A DNA stretch of 39,690 nucleotides from Candidatus Woesearchaeota archaeon (GCA_016203175.1 JACQNH010000005.1:1-39690), one strand, 5' to 3'. Shown: positions 24,406 to 32,989, counted from the first letter of the stretch. Notes: generated by a model from the sequence alone, not told the origin. Made by a program: numbers and translations.

Positions 24406-24798
24406 TTAAATTTTAGAAAAATCAATTCTTTTTAATCCTTTAACTTTATCAAAAGAAGCATCACTACTTACAATCCCATCAAATGCTAAAGCAAGTATAG
24501 CATGAATAGAATCAGCAGGACTTAAATTAAATTGTGAAGATAAAAAGATAGAAGCTTCTAAATCTTCAAAAGTATAATCAACGATATGTGCAATTGTCAT
24601 TATAGCCCTTATAGAACTTAATACTTTGACATTCAGATTATTTCTATAGAGATAAAACCATATTTCTAAACAAGTAAGACTAGAAGTAACAAATTTATAA
24701 TTTTTATTTGAATTCAAAAACTTTTTAGCATTATCTTTAAGCCTATCCTCTTTTTTTATAAGCGCCAAAAATATATCAGCATCTAAATAGATATTCAT
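24406..24798 (-). CDS. vapC: PIN-domain toxin (VapC-like)
   Basis: 130 aa with N-terminal IYLDADIF (acidic PIN residue), mid TCLEI and later SPADSIH acidic positions. Lies 1 nt downstream of an AbrB-type gene. Confidence 0.7.
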   Translation of the reverse strand: MNIYLDADIFLALIKKEDRLKDNAKKFLNSNKNYKFVTSSLTCLEIWFYLYRNNLNVKVLSSIRAIMTIAHIVDYTFEDLEASIFLSSQFNLSPADSIHAILALAFDGIVSSDASFDKVKGLKRIDFSKI

Positions 24799-24799
24799 G

Positions 24800-25045
24800 T
24801 TAAGAAAATACTAATTCAGCCTCCCGCTTCATTTCGACAGGTGTTTTTTTAGTCTTCACATTTAAAGAAGATAAAAATTCTACTGGATTCTCTATCCTTT
24901 CTAAAGGTCTCAAAATAATAGCCTTTTTCTCAATTTCGGCTAAAACCTGATTACCCAACCCTATATTCTTTCTTAATTTAATAGGTATATGTATCCTTCC
25001 TTTATTATCAATTTCCAACAAAGAATATTTAATCCCACTTTTCAT
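24800..25045 (-). CDS. vapB: AbrB/SpoVT-type antitoxin (VapB-like)
   Basis: GRIHIPIKLRKNIGLGNQVLAEIEKKAIILRP is a swapped-hairpin AbrB motif. The track start at 25063 is GTG and overlaps the TATA motif. The ATG at 25045 lies about 24 nt downstream of the TATA centre, which would give a leaderless mRNA. Confidence 0.7.
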   Translation of the reverse strand: MKSGIKYSLLEIDNKGRIHIPIKLRKNIGLGNQVLAEIEKKAIILRPLERIENPVEFLSSLNVKTKKTPVEMKREAELVFS

Positions 25046-25061
25046 AAAATTTAAAATTCCC

Positions 25062-25074
25062 ACTTATATATAAA
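25062..25074 (-). promoter_or_regulatory. TATA-box/promoter motif TTTATATATAAGT
   Basis: The reverse complement of acttatatataaa is tttatatataagt. The same 13-mer occurs at 31277, 31745 and 38201(-). Confidence 0.55.
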
Positions 25075-25087
25075 TCTTTCTATCCCA

Positions 25088-27580
25088 CTAAGTTCTAAAA
25101 AATATCAACAAATCTTCAGAAGCTATATTATTCAAATCAATACAATGCAAAATATAAAAATAATATTTATTAGGTTCCAATTTAATATTTACATCACATT
25201 CAGATTTATCAGCAGCCTTAATATAAATACAACTTCCAGGATGAATATTAGCAGGTGGTGGAACAGCAATCAAAGCGTTTATCTTACCAGGATCCTTTAT
25301 TAAATCCTTAGAAATATCTATAAAATTGCAGCCCAAAACAGCCTTATCAATCTTAACATTCAATTTATTTTCATTAACATCAACTTTCTTATTTTGATTC
25401 ACATCTTCAATCAAAGGCAATGCGCTATCAGGCTTTTTTTCAATAGCAATAGTTAAAAATTCAGTTTTTATAGTACTTTTTTCACCCAAACAAACAATAT
25501 TAACTTTTAATAATCTGTCCTTTGGACTATAAGGTATCAATAAATTTCCATTATGCTCCAAACTAAAATCATCAGAAATTCTTAACATTTGATTAAATTT
25601 ATCTTCGGCATTGTAACTGTATCTGCAAATTGCATTCTTAGAAGTTGTTAAAGATATTGGAATTGAAATTGAATTCCATGAAACTAATTGATTTTGTTGA
25701 GGTTCATTTATAATAATATTTAATTCATCTTCTTCGCTTCTAACACAGCTGGCATTTCCATTAAATACAAATTTACAAACAGGATTTAAAGCTATACAAG
25801 AATCTTCTGTACACCTTTCAAATTCATTTTTCTTAATAATACAATCCTCGCATTCTTTTAAAGCAAATAATTCTTTCTTACATTCATAAGTATCTGATTT
25901 TGAGAACATTTTAAATAAATCTTCATTATTTACATTACAGTTATCCTTAAAAAAATTAATAGCATTTGGATTCAAAATAGAAGTATAAATTAAACTTGCG
26001 CATAAAGAAGGTTGTTTTAAATTAGTTAATATTAAGGGTTTCTTAGCAGCAGAACAAGAGCCTAAAGATTCACATTCTTCTTTATTGCACGCATTTGCTT
26101 TTTCATCTTCACCTTTTCCACATTCATTGCACAATTGTGGATTGTTTGGGGGGTACAATGGCAAACAATCAATATTACTATCTATACTTGAATCAGAAGG
26201 AACAACCTTGCATAAACCCTTATTTAAACATTCATTAACACCACATTGAGAGCTTGTAACTTTTCTATTGTTTGGTTCTAAATACAATAATAAATCTGTT
26301 TCAACCTTAGGCTCACCGCATTTAATACAGCTTTGATAGTCATTTAATACCTTTTTATTATTATGGCAAACTCTTAACCTATCAATCCCCAAAGCCTCCG
26401 ATTTTACTTCACCATTTTGACAAGACAACAAATAATGCTCGCCATCAGGACTAGATCTAAAAGAACATGCATTTGTATAAGGCACCATATTTAAATTTCT
26501 AACCCCTAAATCATCATTAATATTTACATTACAATTATTATTGGAAATTTCAACATTACACTGCCTTAAATTATCATCATTTAAATTAGAATACAAATCA
26601 ACATTAAAAGAAGAAAAACTATTCCCCAATTCAGTGCTCAAAACAGTTAAACAATTATCTTTGCTAACAATTTTTAATTCAGATCCTTGAGCTATAGAAC
26701 AACAACCTAATTTGCAATCTTCAACTTGATTGCAATCTTGTTGAGTTTTTTGACCATCACAATTTTCAAAATTTTGCCTGCATAATCCATCTTTTGAGAT
26801 ACAACAGCCATTTTTTAATTTATTCACAGAAAAAACAGGATCGTAAACAGCAAAATAAAAAGTCCCATTATTTTTAGATTCCAATTGAAAAATCTCATAA
26901 TCGCTATTAATCCTATCAAATTTAGTATAAAACCCGCTTCCCTTAATGTTTTTAAAATTTCTCAAAGTTAAACTTAAATCAAAATCTTCAGAGTTAATCA
27001 ATGAATTTACTCTATCACTTGCGATCTTTAAAAAATTATTTAATTCGCTTGAAATTGTAATCCTAAAATTCTTAACTTCATTTACAGTTCCCTTAAATAA
27101 AATCAAATCCTGTGAAAAATCAAAATCCACACTTTTATCATTAATTTTTACATCAACAGTGTAGCTTGTAAAATTAACTTTAAAACCAGCACTTATAAAA
27201 CCTTTAATATCTTCATAGCACTTTCTAACAGTTTGGTTATTTTCAATTTCACTTTTTAAAGAGTTTTCAATAAAACTAATTTGAGGAACATAATTTTTAT
27301 AATCTGAATCTAAAAATAAACTTATATCTCTAAAACCATAAATTATTTTGTTATTAATATTTACATAACCTCCATTATTATTCAACCCATTAAAAATATC
27401 TTTAACCCTGCTTTCCAAACATTTTATTAAAAAAGTTTCAACCTGCTCTATTGTAGTTGTAGTAATTATTTTAGAAGGAGCCTCTTCCCCACCTCTTCTT
27501 ATAGTAAATAAAAAAGCAAATATAATTAAAACAATTACCCCTAAAGCTATAAATATCGTTGCCTGTCCTCTTTTTTGCAT
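25088..27580 (-). CDS. Large Cys-rich extracellular protein with class III (type IV pilin-like) signal peptide
   Basis: The N-terminus MQKRGQ/ATIFIALGVIVLIIFAFLF fits the archaeal prepilin pattern (basic residue, Gly, small residue, then a hydrophobic helix). The central roughly 350 aa are packed with Cys (CCISKDGLCRQNFENCDGQKTQQDCNQVEDCKLGCC...). No C-terminal anchor. Confidence 0.6.
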   Translation of the reverse strand: MQKRGQATIFIALGVIVLIIFAFLFTIRRGGEEAPSKIITTTTIEQVETFLIKCLESRVKDIFNGLNNNGGYVNINNKIIYGFRDISLFLDSDYKNYVPQISFIENSLKSEIENNQTVRKCYEDIKGFISAGFKVNFTSYTVDVKINDKSVDFDFSQDLILFKGTVNEVKNFRITISSELNNFLKIASDRVNSLINSEDFDLSLTLRNFKNIKGSGFYTKFDRINSDYEIFQLESKNNGTFYFAVYDPVFSVNKLKNGCCISKDGLCRQNFENCDGQKTQQDCNQVEDCKLGCCSIAQGSELKIVSKDNCLTVLSTELGNSFSSFNVDLYSNLNDDNLRQCNVEISNNNCNVNINDDLGVRNLNMVPYTNACSFRSSPDGEHYLLSCQNGEVKSEALGIDRLRVCHNNKKVLNDYQSCIKCGEPKVETDLLLYLEPNNRKVTSSQCGVNECLNKGLCKVVPSDSSIDSNIDCLPLYPPNNPQLCNECGKGEDEKANACNKEECESLGSCSAAKKPLILTNLKQPSLCASLIYTSILNPNAINFFKDNCNVNNEDLFKMFSKSDTYECKKELFALKECEDCIIKKNEFERCTEDSCIALNPVCKFVFNGNASCVRSEEDELNIIINEPQQNQLVSWNSISIPISLTTSKNAICRYSYNAEDKFNQMLRISDDFSLEHNGNLLIPYSPKDRLLKVNIVCLGEKSTIKTEFLTIAIEKKPDSALPLIEDVNQNKKVDVNENKLNVKIDKAVLGCNFIDISKDLIKDPGKINALIAVPPPANIHPGSCIYIKAADKSECDVNIKLEPNKYYFYILHCIDLNNIASEDLLIFFRT

Positions 27581-27655
27581 ATTATTCCTATATTTAGTTT
27601 ATTTAAATAAATTACTAAAGAAAGGATTTAAAAATCTAGTTTAATCCAATAAATT

Positions 27656-28726
27656 ATGGCAAATATAAAATTTCAAAATACAATACAAGTCCTAAAACAG
27701 GAACCTTTAGCCTCATGCTCAGGCGAATTTCCAAAAGACTGGAGGGTTAAAAATTATCTAGAAAACAATCAAGAAGTTGACATTACTTTAGATGCAAGAA
27801 AAAAAGAATTAATCCAACAAGGTTATAGGTTAATTGGCAATCATTCTGCAATTAAAGTCTGCCATTATTGCAAAGAAGCTATTAGAGGTAAAAATGTCTG
27901 CTATAAAAATACATTCTATGGGATTAAAAGTTGGCAGTGCATTCAAGCCTCAGTTACATTAGATTTCTGCAATTTAAGATGCGAATGGTGTTGGAGAAAT
28001 ATAGAATATAACTTTCCAAAAAATACAGAATTTAAAGATCCTCCAGATTTTATTGTAGACGGATTCATTAAAGCGCATACACAAATCCTAAAAGGTTTCC
28101 AAGGCAATGAAAACGCAGATCAAATAAGAGTAAAAGAATCTCAAAAACCAAGGCATATTGCATTAAGCTTAACAAGAGATGCCTGCATGTATCCTCGCTT
28201 GCCAGAATTAATAGAAGAGATTCATGCTAAAAATATGACTTCTTTCTTAGTTACAAATGGTACATTTCCGAATATGGTTGAAAAATTAATTTCCCATCAA
28301 CCAACACAGATTTACATTACCCTACCAGCTCCAAATGAAGGATTATATAACAAAGCCTGTAGACCATTCGCAGAAGGAGACTGGCAAAAAATTCTAAAAT
28401 CACTAAAACTTTTACATAACTTCCAAAGAAGTGTTATCAGAATGACACTAGCAAAGGGGATGAATATGTTTTACCCAGAACAATATGCAGAGATTATAAA
28501 AGATATAGATTTCGATTTTTTAGAATTAAAATCAGCAATGCCAGTAGGCCCTGCCCAATACAGAATGACTTTAGACAATATGCCATTTCATGAGGAAATA
28601 GTTCAATTTGCAAAAGAAGTTGGTAAAATAGCAGGTTTAGAAATCAGAGATGAAAAGAAAGATTCGAGAGTAGTTTTAATGACTCACAAAGGAAAAGAAA
28701 GGAAAAGATTTTTAGATTTGGGTTAG
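27656..28726 (+). CDS. taw1: tRNA 4-demethylwyosine synthase (Taw1/TYW1), radical SAM
   Basis: The pattern GNHSAIKVCHYCKEAIRGKNVCYKNTFYGIKSWQCIQ...CNLRCEWCWRN matches the TYW1 auxiliary-cluster Cys plus the CxxxCxxC radical SAM motif. Confidence 0.8.
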   Translation: MANIKFQNTIQVLKQEPLASCSGEFPKDWRVKNYLENNQEVDITLDARKKELIQQGYRLIGNHSAIKVCHYCKEAIRGKNVCYKNTFYGIKSWQCIQASVTLDFCNLRCEWCWRNIEYNFPKNTEFKDPPDFIVDGFIKAHTQILKGFQGNENADQIRVKESQKPRHIALSLTRDACMYPRLPELIEEIHAKNMTSFLVTNGTFPNMVEKLISHQPTQIYITLPAPNEGLYNKACRPFAEGDWQKILKSLKLLHNFQRSVIRMTLAKGMNMFYPEQYAEIIKDIDFDFLELKSAMPVGPAQYRMTLDNMPFHEEIVQFAKEVGKIAGLEIRDEKKDSRVVLMTHKGKERKRFLDLG

Positions 28727-28882
28727 CTTCTTAATTATATTTTCCACAAAATCATCATACTTTACTTCAGCAGCTAACAATCTCAAATCTTCAGTTAATT
28801 TCTCATTTCTATGGATTTCCTCTAAATGCTTCTTCAAAACCTTTCTTATCAACTCTTTTTCTTCTTTTTTTAGTTCTGTCAT
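28712..28882 (-). CDS. Small helical ORF (56 aa), hypothetical
   Basis: MTELKKEEKELIRKVLKKHLEEIHRNEKLTEDLRLLAAEVKYDDFVENIIKKLTQI. Convergent with and overlapping the taw1 end by 15 nt. Below the track cutoff; no motif recognised. Confidence 0.2.
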   Translation of the reverse strand: MTELKKEEKELIRKVLKKHLEEIHRNEKLTEDLRLLAAEVKYDDFVENIIKKLTQI

Positions 28883-28912
28883 ATTTAACTTAAAATTTAT
28901 AAATATTTAAAT

Positions 28913-29512
28913 CTATTCTTTCTGTTTCAAAACAACAAATCTTCCAACTCTACCTGGATTTAAAATTAATGTATTTTTGTACAATTGTTTTTTCCCACCA
29001 GTTTCGTGTAAATGACCGCAAACATGTAACAAAGGTTCATATTTTTCAATAAATTTAGAAAAAGATCTACATCCCCTATGCCCAGAGTTTATTTTATCAA
29101 CTTCAGTACCATAAGGGGGAGCATGAGTAACTAAAATTATTTTTTTATTCTCTAACTCATCTTTAACATCTTCAACAAAATCCTCAAATTCTTTTTCTCT
29201 TTCAGTAAACCCCCCACCCCCATAACCAATAACTAAAAAATCTCCGATCTTCAATAATCTTTTATGCGCATAATGAATATTTTTAAATTCCTTGCAAAAA
29301 CTTTTTAATTCAGCATCACTCTCATGATTACCAGGAATTAAAATAAAAGGTTTTTTAAAAGCATTAAACTGCCTTAAAATAGCTTCTTGAGCATTACCCC
29401 AAACTGAAAAGTCCCCAGCACATATAATCAAATCAGCATTTTCAGCCTTTTCCTTAATAATCTTAAAAGCCTTGGCACTTGCATGCATATCCACAAAACA
29501 TAAAATTCTCAT
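28913..29512 (-). CDS. Calcineurin-like metallophosphoesterase (YfcE/MJ0936-type)
   Basis: Motifs DMH (VDMHAS), GDFSVWG (GDxxxxG), GNHE, THAPP, GHLH in canonical order. Confidence 0.8.
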   Translation of the reverse strand: MRILCFVDMHASAKAFKIIKEKAENADLIICAGDFSVWGNAQEAILRQFNAFKKPFILIPGNHESDAELKSFCKEFKNIHYAHKRLLKIGDFLVIGYGGGGFTEREKEFEDFVEDVKDELENKKIILVTHAPPYGTEVDKINSGHRGCRSFSKFIEKYEPLLHVCGHLHETGGKKQLYKNTLILNPGRVGRFVVLKQKE

Positions 29513-29598
29513 AGAAATTCAATTAAAACTCTAATTTTTATTACTTTTGGTTTATCAAAAAACACAATCTTTAATAATCCAATAATTATATAAAAATC

Positions 29599-29868
29599 AT
29601 GAAAAAAGAGCAGATTAGTGTCAAAAAAACAGCACTTACATTCGGGTTAACACTAGCAATAATTCATGTTATTTGGGTAATTCTAGTTGCAATTGGTCTA
29701 GCTAAACCCTTAGTCGATCTAAAATTCAGACTTCATTTTATCTCAATGCCCTTTGGTTTAGAACCTTTTAATATTGTAACAGCCATAGGACTAATTATAT
29801 TCGTATTTATAGTAGGCTATATAATTGGTGCAATATTCGGATTTGTCTGGAATAAATTACAAGATTAA
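29599..29868 (+). CDS. Small membrane protein (about 3 hydrophobic helices), hypothetical
   Basis: 89 aa with hydrophobic segments LTFGLTLAIIHVIWVILVAIGL, FNIVTAIGLIIFVFIV and GYIIGAIFGFVW. Confidence 0.45.
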   Translation: MKKEQISVKKTALTFGLTLAIIHVIWVILVAIGLAKPLVDLKFRLHFISMPFGLEPFNIVTAIGLIIFVFIVGYIIGAIFGFVWNKLQD

Positions 29869-29907
29869 ACGTAAAATTTATTAACTTCAATGTTTCTACT
29901 TTAAACA

Positions 29908-30141
29908 ATGAAAAAATTATTTTTAATATTATTAGTTGTAATATTAATTTCTATTATCTCTCAAACTACTTTAGCTTACAGATATTCGTCTTATTACAAT
30001 TATAACGATCCACATAAATATTCCAAATTCAGATCACCATTTTATGGATCTTATCACTCACATTTCCACATGCCACAATATTACCCATACCAATACTACC
30101 CACAACCAATTTTCGTTTATCATTACTCAAAATATTATTAA
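29908..30141 (+). CDS. Secreted Tyr/His/Pro-rich low-complexity peptide
   Basis: Sec signal MKKLFLILLVVILISIISQTTLA. The 54-aa mature part has 17 Tyr and 5 His, including PQYYPYQYYPQP. The stop is 2 nt before the next ATG. Confidence 0.5.
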   Translation: MKKLFLILLVVILISIISQTTLAYRYSSYYNYNDPHKYSKFRSPFYGSYHSHFHMPQYYPYQYYPQPIFVYHYSKYY

Positions 30142-30143
30142 AA

Positions 30144-31271
30144 ATGCGAGACTTACTAATAGTAGGAGTTGACCCAGGAACTACAACAGCTTATGCTATT
30201 CTAGACCTAGATGGAAATTTACTAAAATTAAAAAGTTCAAAGCAATTAAGCTTAAGCACATTAATAACAGAAGTTACAAATGAAGGTAAAGTTCTAGCAG
30301 TTGGCTGTGACGTATCAAACATTCCAAGTTTTGTTTATAAATTTGCTACAAAATTAAATGCAATTATTGTCAAACCAGATTTTGATTATAAAGTCGGATT
30401 AAAACAAAGAATGACAAAAGAGTTCAAAGTAAGAGACGACCATCAAAGAGATGCTTTAGCAGCAGCCTTAAATGCTTTTAAAGAATTTAAAGAAACATTT
30501 GATAAAATAGACAAAGAATTAAAAGATCTAGGAAAAGAGCATTTAAATTCCCAAGTAAAAGAGATTTGTATTAAAAATAAATTAAATGTTACAGATGCAA
30601 TTAATCTTTTAGAAACACCAGAAATTAAACAAGAAAAAAAGAAAATAAAAAAACAAGTTTTAAATTACAATAAAGCAAATGATTTGATTAGAATTATCAA
30701 AAAACAAAACAAAGAATTACAAAGAAAATTAAGTTTTATGCAGTTTAAATACCAAAATACATTAAAATTAATAGATAAGAAGGTAGAGGAAAGAATTAAA
30801 AAATCTCAAATAATTTCAGAATTAAATTCAAAATCATTTAGAGAAGAATTATTAAAAAAAGAAATAGAAATAAAAAATTTAAAAGAAAAGATAAACAAAT
30901 TAAATAACACTTTATTAAATTCAAATGAAAAGATAATAGCACAAAAATTTAAAAATCTTAACTTTGGAAATTACTCTGAAAAAGTTATTTATGTAGAAAA
31001 TCCTAATGTTTACTCTGAAAAGTGTTTAAACTCTTGTAAAGGGAAAGTTCTAATTTATAAAGAAAAACCTTTAAATTACTTAACAAAAAAGAATATCTCA
31101 TTTATTAATAAAGAAGATTGTTTAGTAGAAGAATTTGAAGAATTTATACTCGTAGATAAAAACAAGCTTAATAACCTAATTAATAGTTCAAATTTAATTG
31201 AAAATCTAATTGAAGACTATAAGCAAGAAAGGCAAAATAAAGCCTTTAAAGAGCTTTTAAAGAACGAATAG
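30144..31271 (+). CDS. DUF460/COG2433-like protein (RNase H-fold, RuvC/YqgF-like N-domain plus coiled coil)
   Basis: N-terminal LIVGVDPGTTTAYAILDLDGNLL and later DDHQRDALAAAL fit the archaeal DUF460 putative nuclease family. The C-terminal part is Lys/Glu coiled coil. Confidence 0.55.
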   Translation: MRDLLIVGVDPGTTTAYAILDLDGNLLKLKSSKQLSLSTLITEVTNEGKVLAVGCDVSNIPSFVYKFATKLNAIIVKPDFDYKVGLKQRMTKEFKVRDDHQRDALAAALNAFKEFKETFDKIDKELKDLGKEHLNSQVKEICIKNKLNVTDAINLLETPEIKQEKKKIKKQVLNYNKANDLIRIIKKQNKELQRKLSFMQFKYQNTLKLIDKKVEERIKKSQIISELNSKSFREELLKKEIEIKNLKEKINKLNNTLLNSNEKIIAQKFKNLNFGNYSEKVIYVENPNVYSEKCLNSCKGKVLIYKEKPLNYLTKKNISFINKEDCLVEEFEEFILVDKNKLNNLINSSNLIENLIEDYKQERQNKAFKELLKNE

Positions 31272-31276
31272 TCATC

Positions 31277-31289
31277 TTTATATATAAGT
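31277..31289 (+). promoter_or_regulatory. TATA-box/promoter motif TTTATATATAAGT
   Basis: Exact 13-mer, 31 nt upstream of the GTG at 31321. In fact the 16-mer tttatatataagttta is identical to that at 31745. Confidence 0.55.
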
Positions 31290-31320
31290 TTAAATCCTTT
31301 CTAAAAAGAGGAAGAAAAAA

Positions 31321-31569
31321 GTGGCAATAGGTGACTGGTTTTTAGCAAGAAGCGAAGCATTTAGGTATCTTTTATCAAAATTTTCAGAACATAAATCAGA
31401 GACTATGAAATCTTTTAACAAAGTAAAAAATGAAAATAAGATTATAATTAAAAAGATAAAAGATCATGACGATGCAATTAATAATTTTGGAAGAATAATA
31501 AAAGAATTAAGATCAAAAGGCATCGTTTTAGAAGAGTCTACATCTAGAATTATAAAAAGAAAGAGATAA
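31321..31569 (+). CDS. Hypothetical small protein
   Basis: GTG start preceded by a purine-rich agaggaag. 82 aa, helical, Lys-rich. No motif recognised. Confidence 0.35.
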   Translation: MAIGDWFLARSEAFRYLLSKFSEHKSETMKSFNKVKNENKIIIKKIKDHDDAINNFGRIIKELRSKGIVLEESTSRIIKRKR

Positions 31570-31744
31570 TTAACCTACAAAATTTCTGAAAAACCTTCAA
31601 AACAGTATTTAAAGAAGTAAAAATTTTAACAAAAAAGTTGTAGAAACTTTCAGTTTATTTAGTAGTATTTCCAACTTTTTGACAGCAGATTATATTAAAC
31701 ACATCAACTATAACATATTAGGCTGAAAAATTTAAGGCGAAACA

Positions 31745-31757
31745 TTTATATATAAGT
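31745..31757 (+). promoter_or_regulatory. TATA-box/promoter motif TTTATATATAAGT
   Basis: Exact 13-mer, 30 nt upstream of the ATG at 31788. AGGTG lies between the motif and the ATG. Confidence 0.55.
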
Positions 31758-31787
31758 TTATATAAAAATTAATATAGGTGTATATAA

Positions 31788-32042
31788 ATGAAAATAATAC
31801 ATTATCCAAGCCTTAAAACAGTGTTAATGGTAGAAAAAGTACTAAAGAATGCAGAAACAATAATTTCAAGAGAAGAACTAAAACATAGGCTACCTAAAAA
31901 AATCATGCACCAAACATTAAACCTAATATTAAGATATCTTGAGGAAAAAGGAATGATTCTAGATAGTCACAAAGGCATTCTATGGACATATAATCCCAGC
32001 CCTAAATTAAAAAAAGCAATAAAACAAGGGCTGGAGATTTAG
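31788..32042 (+). CDS. Small winged-helix-like protein, putative antitoxin partner
   Basis: 84 aa. ISREELKHRLPKKIMHQTLNLILRYLEEKGMIL is wHTH-like. The stop is 1 nt before the ATG of a RelE/ParE-like gene. Confidence 0.45.
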   Translation: MKIIHYPSLKTVLMVEKVLKNAETIISREELKHRLPKKIMHQTLNLILRYLEEKGMILDSHKGILWTYNPSPKLKKAIKQGLEI

Positions 32043-32043
32043 A

Positions 32044-32418
32044 ATGTATAGAGGGAAGGAAGTAAAGGTTATATTATCTGAAGAAACAAAAGGAGTTTAT
32101 AATGAACTAAAACAAATCGTTGAAAAAGAATTAAAAAAGAAAATTAGCAGTTCTTTCCACCAAACTTTATTAAGGTCAATAGAAAGAGTTAAAGACTTAT
32201 TAAAAGAAAATCCTTTTGCAGGGGATCAAATTAAGAAAAGACAAATTCCTTTAAAATATATAATTAAATATGGGGCCAATAATCTATGGAGAATAGAATT
32301 AGCAGACAGATGGAGATTAATTTATACAATAACTGGAAATCAAATAGAAATAATTAATTTTATTGTGGATATTTTTAATCATAAAGACTACGATAAAGTT
32401 TTTGGGTATAAACATTAA
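32044..32418 (+). CDS. RelE/ParE-superfamily toxin-like protein
   Basis: LLKENPFAGDQIKK...NLWRIELADRWRLIYTITGNQIEIINFIVDIFNHKDYDKVF matches the nP..G...lwR.rvgdyRliY.i....i.i..i..H..Y pattern of RelE/ParE toxins. Confidence 0.6.
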   Translation: MYRGKEVKVILSEETKGVYNELKQIVEKELKKKISSSFHQTLLRSIERVKDLLKENPFAGDQIKKRQIPLKYIIKYGANNLWRIELADRWRLIYTITGNQIEIINFIVDIFNHKDYDKVFGYKH

Positions 32419-32545
32419 AGAAATATTACAGAATCTAGAATTTCTCTATGCGGTTAGTATACAAGAAGTATCTAATTGGTCAGACACTGTCTGGTCAATT
32501 GTCATGGAGCCATATGTTGAACTATTAAACATCAAAGAAAATTAA

Positions 32546-32989
32546 TTACTTTAAAGCACCAAAATATTCTCTAACCCTTTCAACTATATTAGGAATTAAA
32601 TACTTCTCCAATCTTTCCTTAAATATCTCCTCTAAATTCATTCCTTCAAACAACCTATAACCTTCTTGATTCTTCTCAATTAACCCCAAATCCTTCAATC
32701 TTTTTAACTGCCTTCTAATATTGCTTTCAGCCGCTCCCAATAAAGATAATTTATGTTCTTTTCTTAAATCTTCAACTTTTAATTTAATGTCCTCACTTCT
32801 CACAGCTTCCTTAGAATTAATTAATAATAGTAATATATCAACAATTATATCCCTACTATCCCCGGGCTGTAATAAACCAACACTTAAACATAATTTCTTA
32901 ACAAAATTCCTTTTATTGCTTAAATCAGGCTTTTCATATTTTCTTAAAGTCACCTCTGCCAATGGAATATCTTTTGAAACCTTACTCAT
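32546..32989 (-). CDS. Winged-helix DNA-binding protein (putative transcriptional regulator)
   Basis: ESNIRRQLKRLKDLGLIEKNQEGYRL is a recognition-helix-plus-wing signature. 147 aa. Confidence 0.5.
   Translation of the reverse strand: MSKVSKDIPLAEVTLRKYEKPDLSNKRNFVKKLCLSVGLLQPGDSRDIIVDILLLLINSKEAVRSEDIKLKVEDLRKEHKLSLLGAAESNIRRQLKRLKDLGLIEKNQEGYRLFEGMNLEEIFKERLEKYLIPNIVERVREYFGALK

Noticed and set aside
31570-31787. Possible ncRNA in the 218-nt spacer; complementary hexamers CTACAA/TTGTAG and CTGAAA/TTTCAG were noticed
   Set aside because: The complementary segments occur in the same order rather than mirrored, so they cannot form a simple hairpin. No C/D-box, H/ACA or other RNA signature was recognised. 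The region is left as promoter/spacer, with the RNA-seq check noted under findings.
32363-32545. 60-aa ORF overlapping the end of the RelE-like gene
   Set aside because: It overlaps the better-supported CDS in another frame, has no SD or TATA and no recognisable motif. It is likely spurious. The spacer does contain a 13-nt palindrome CAGACAcTGTCTG (about 32482-32494) of unknown meaning.
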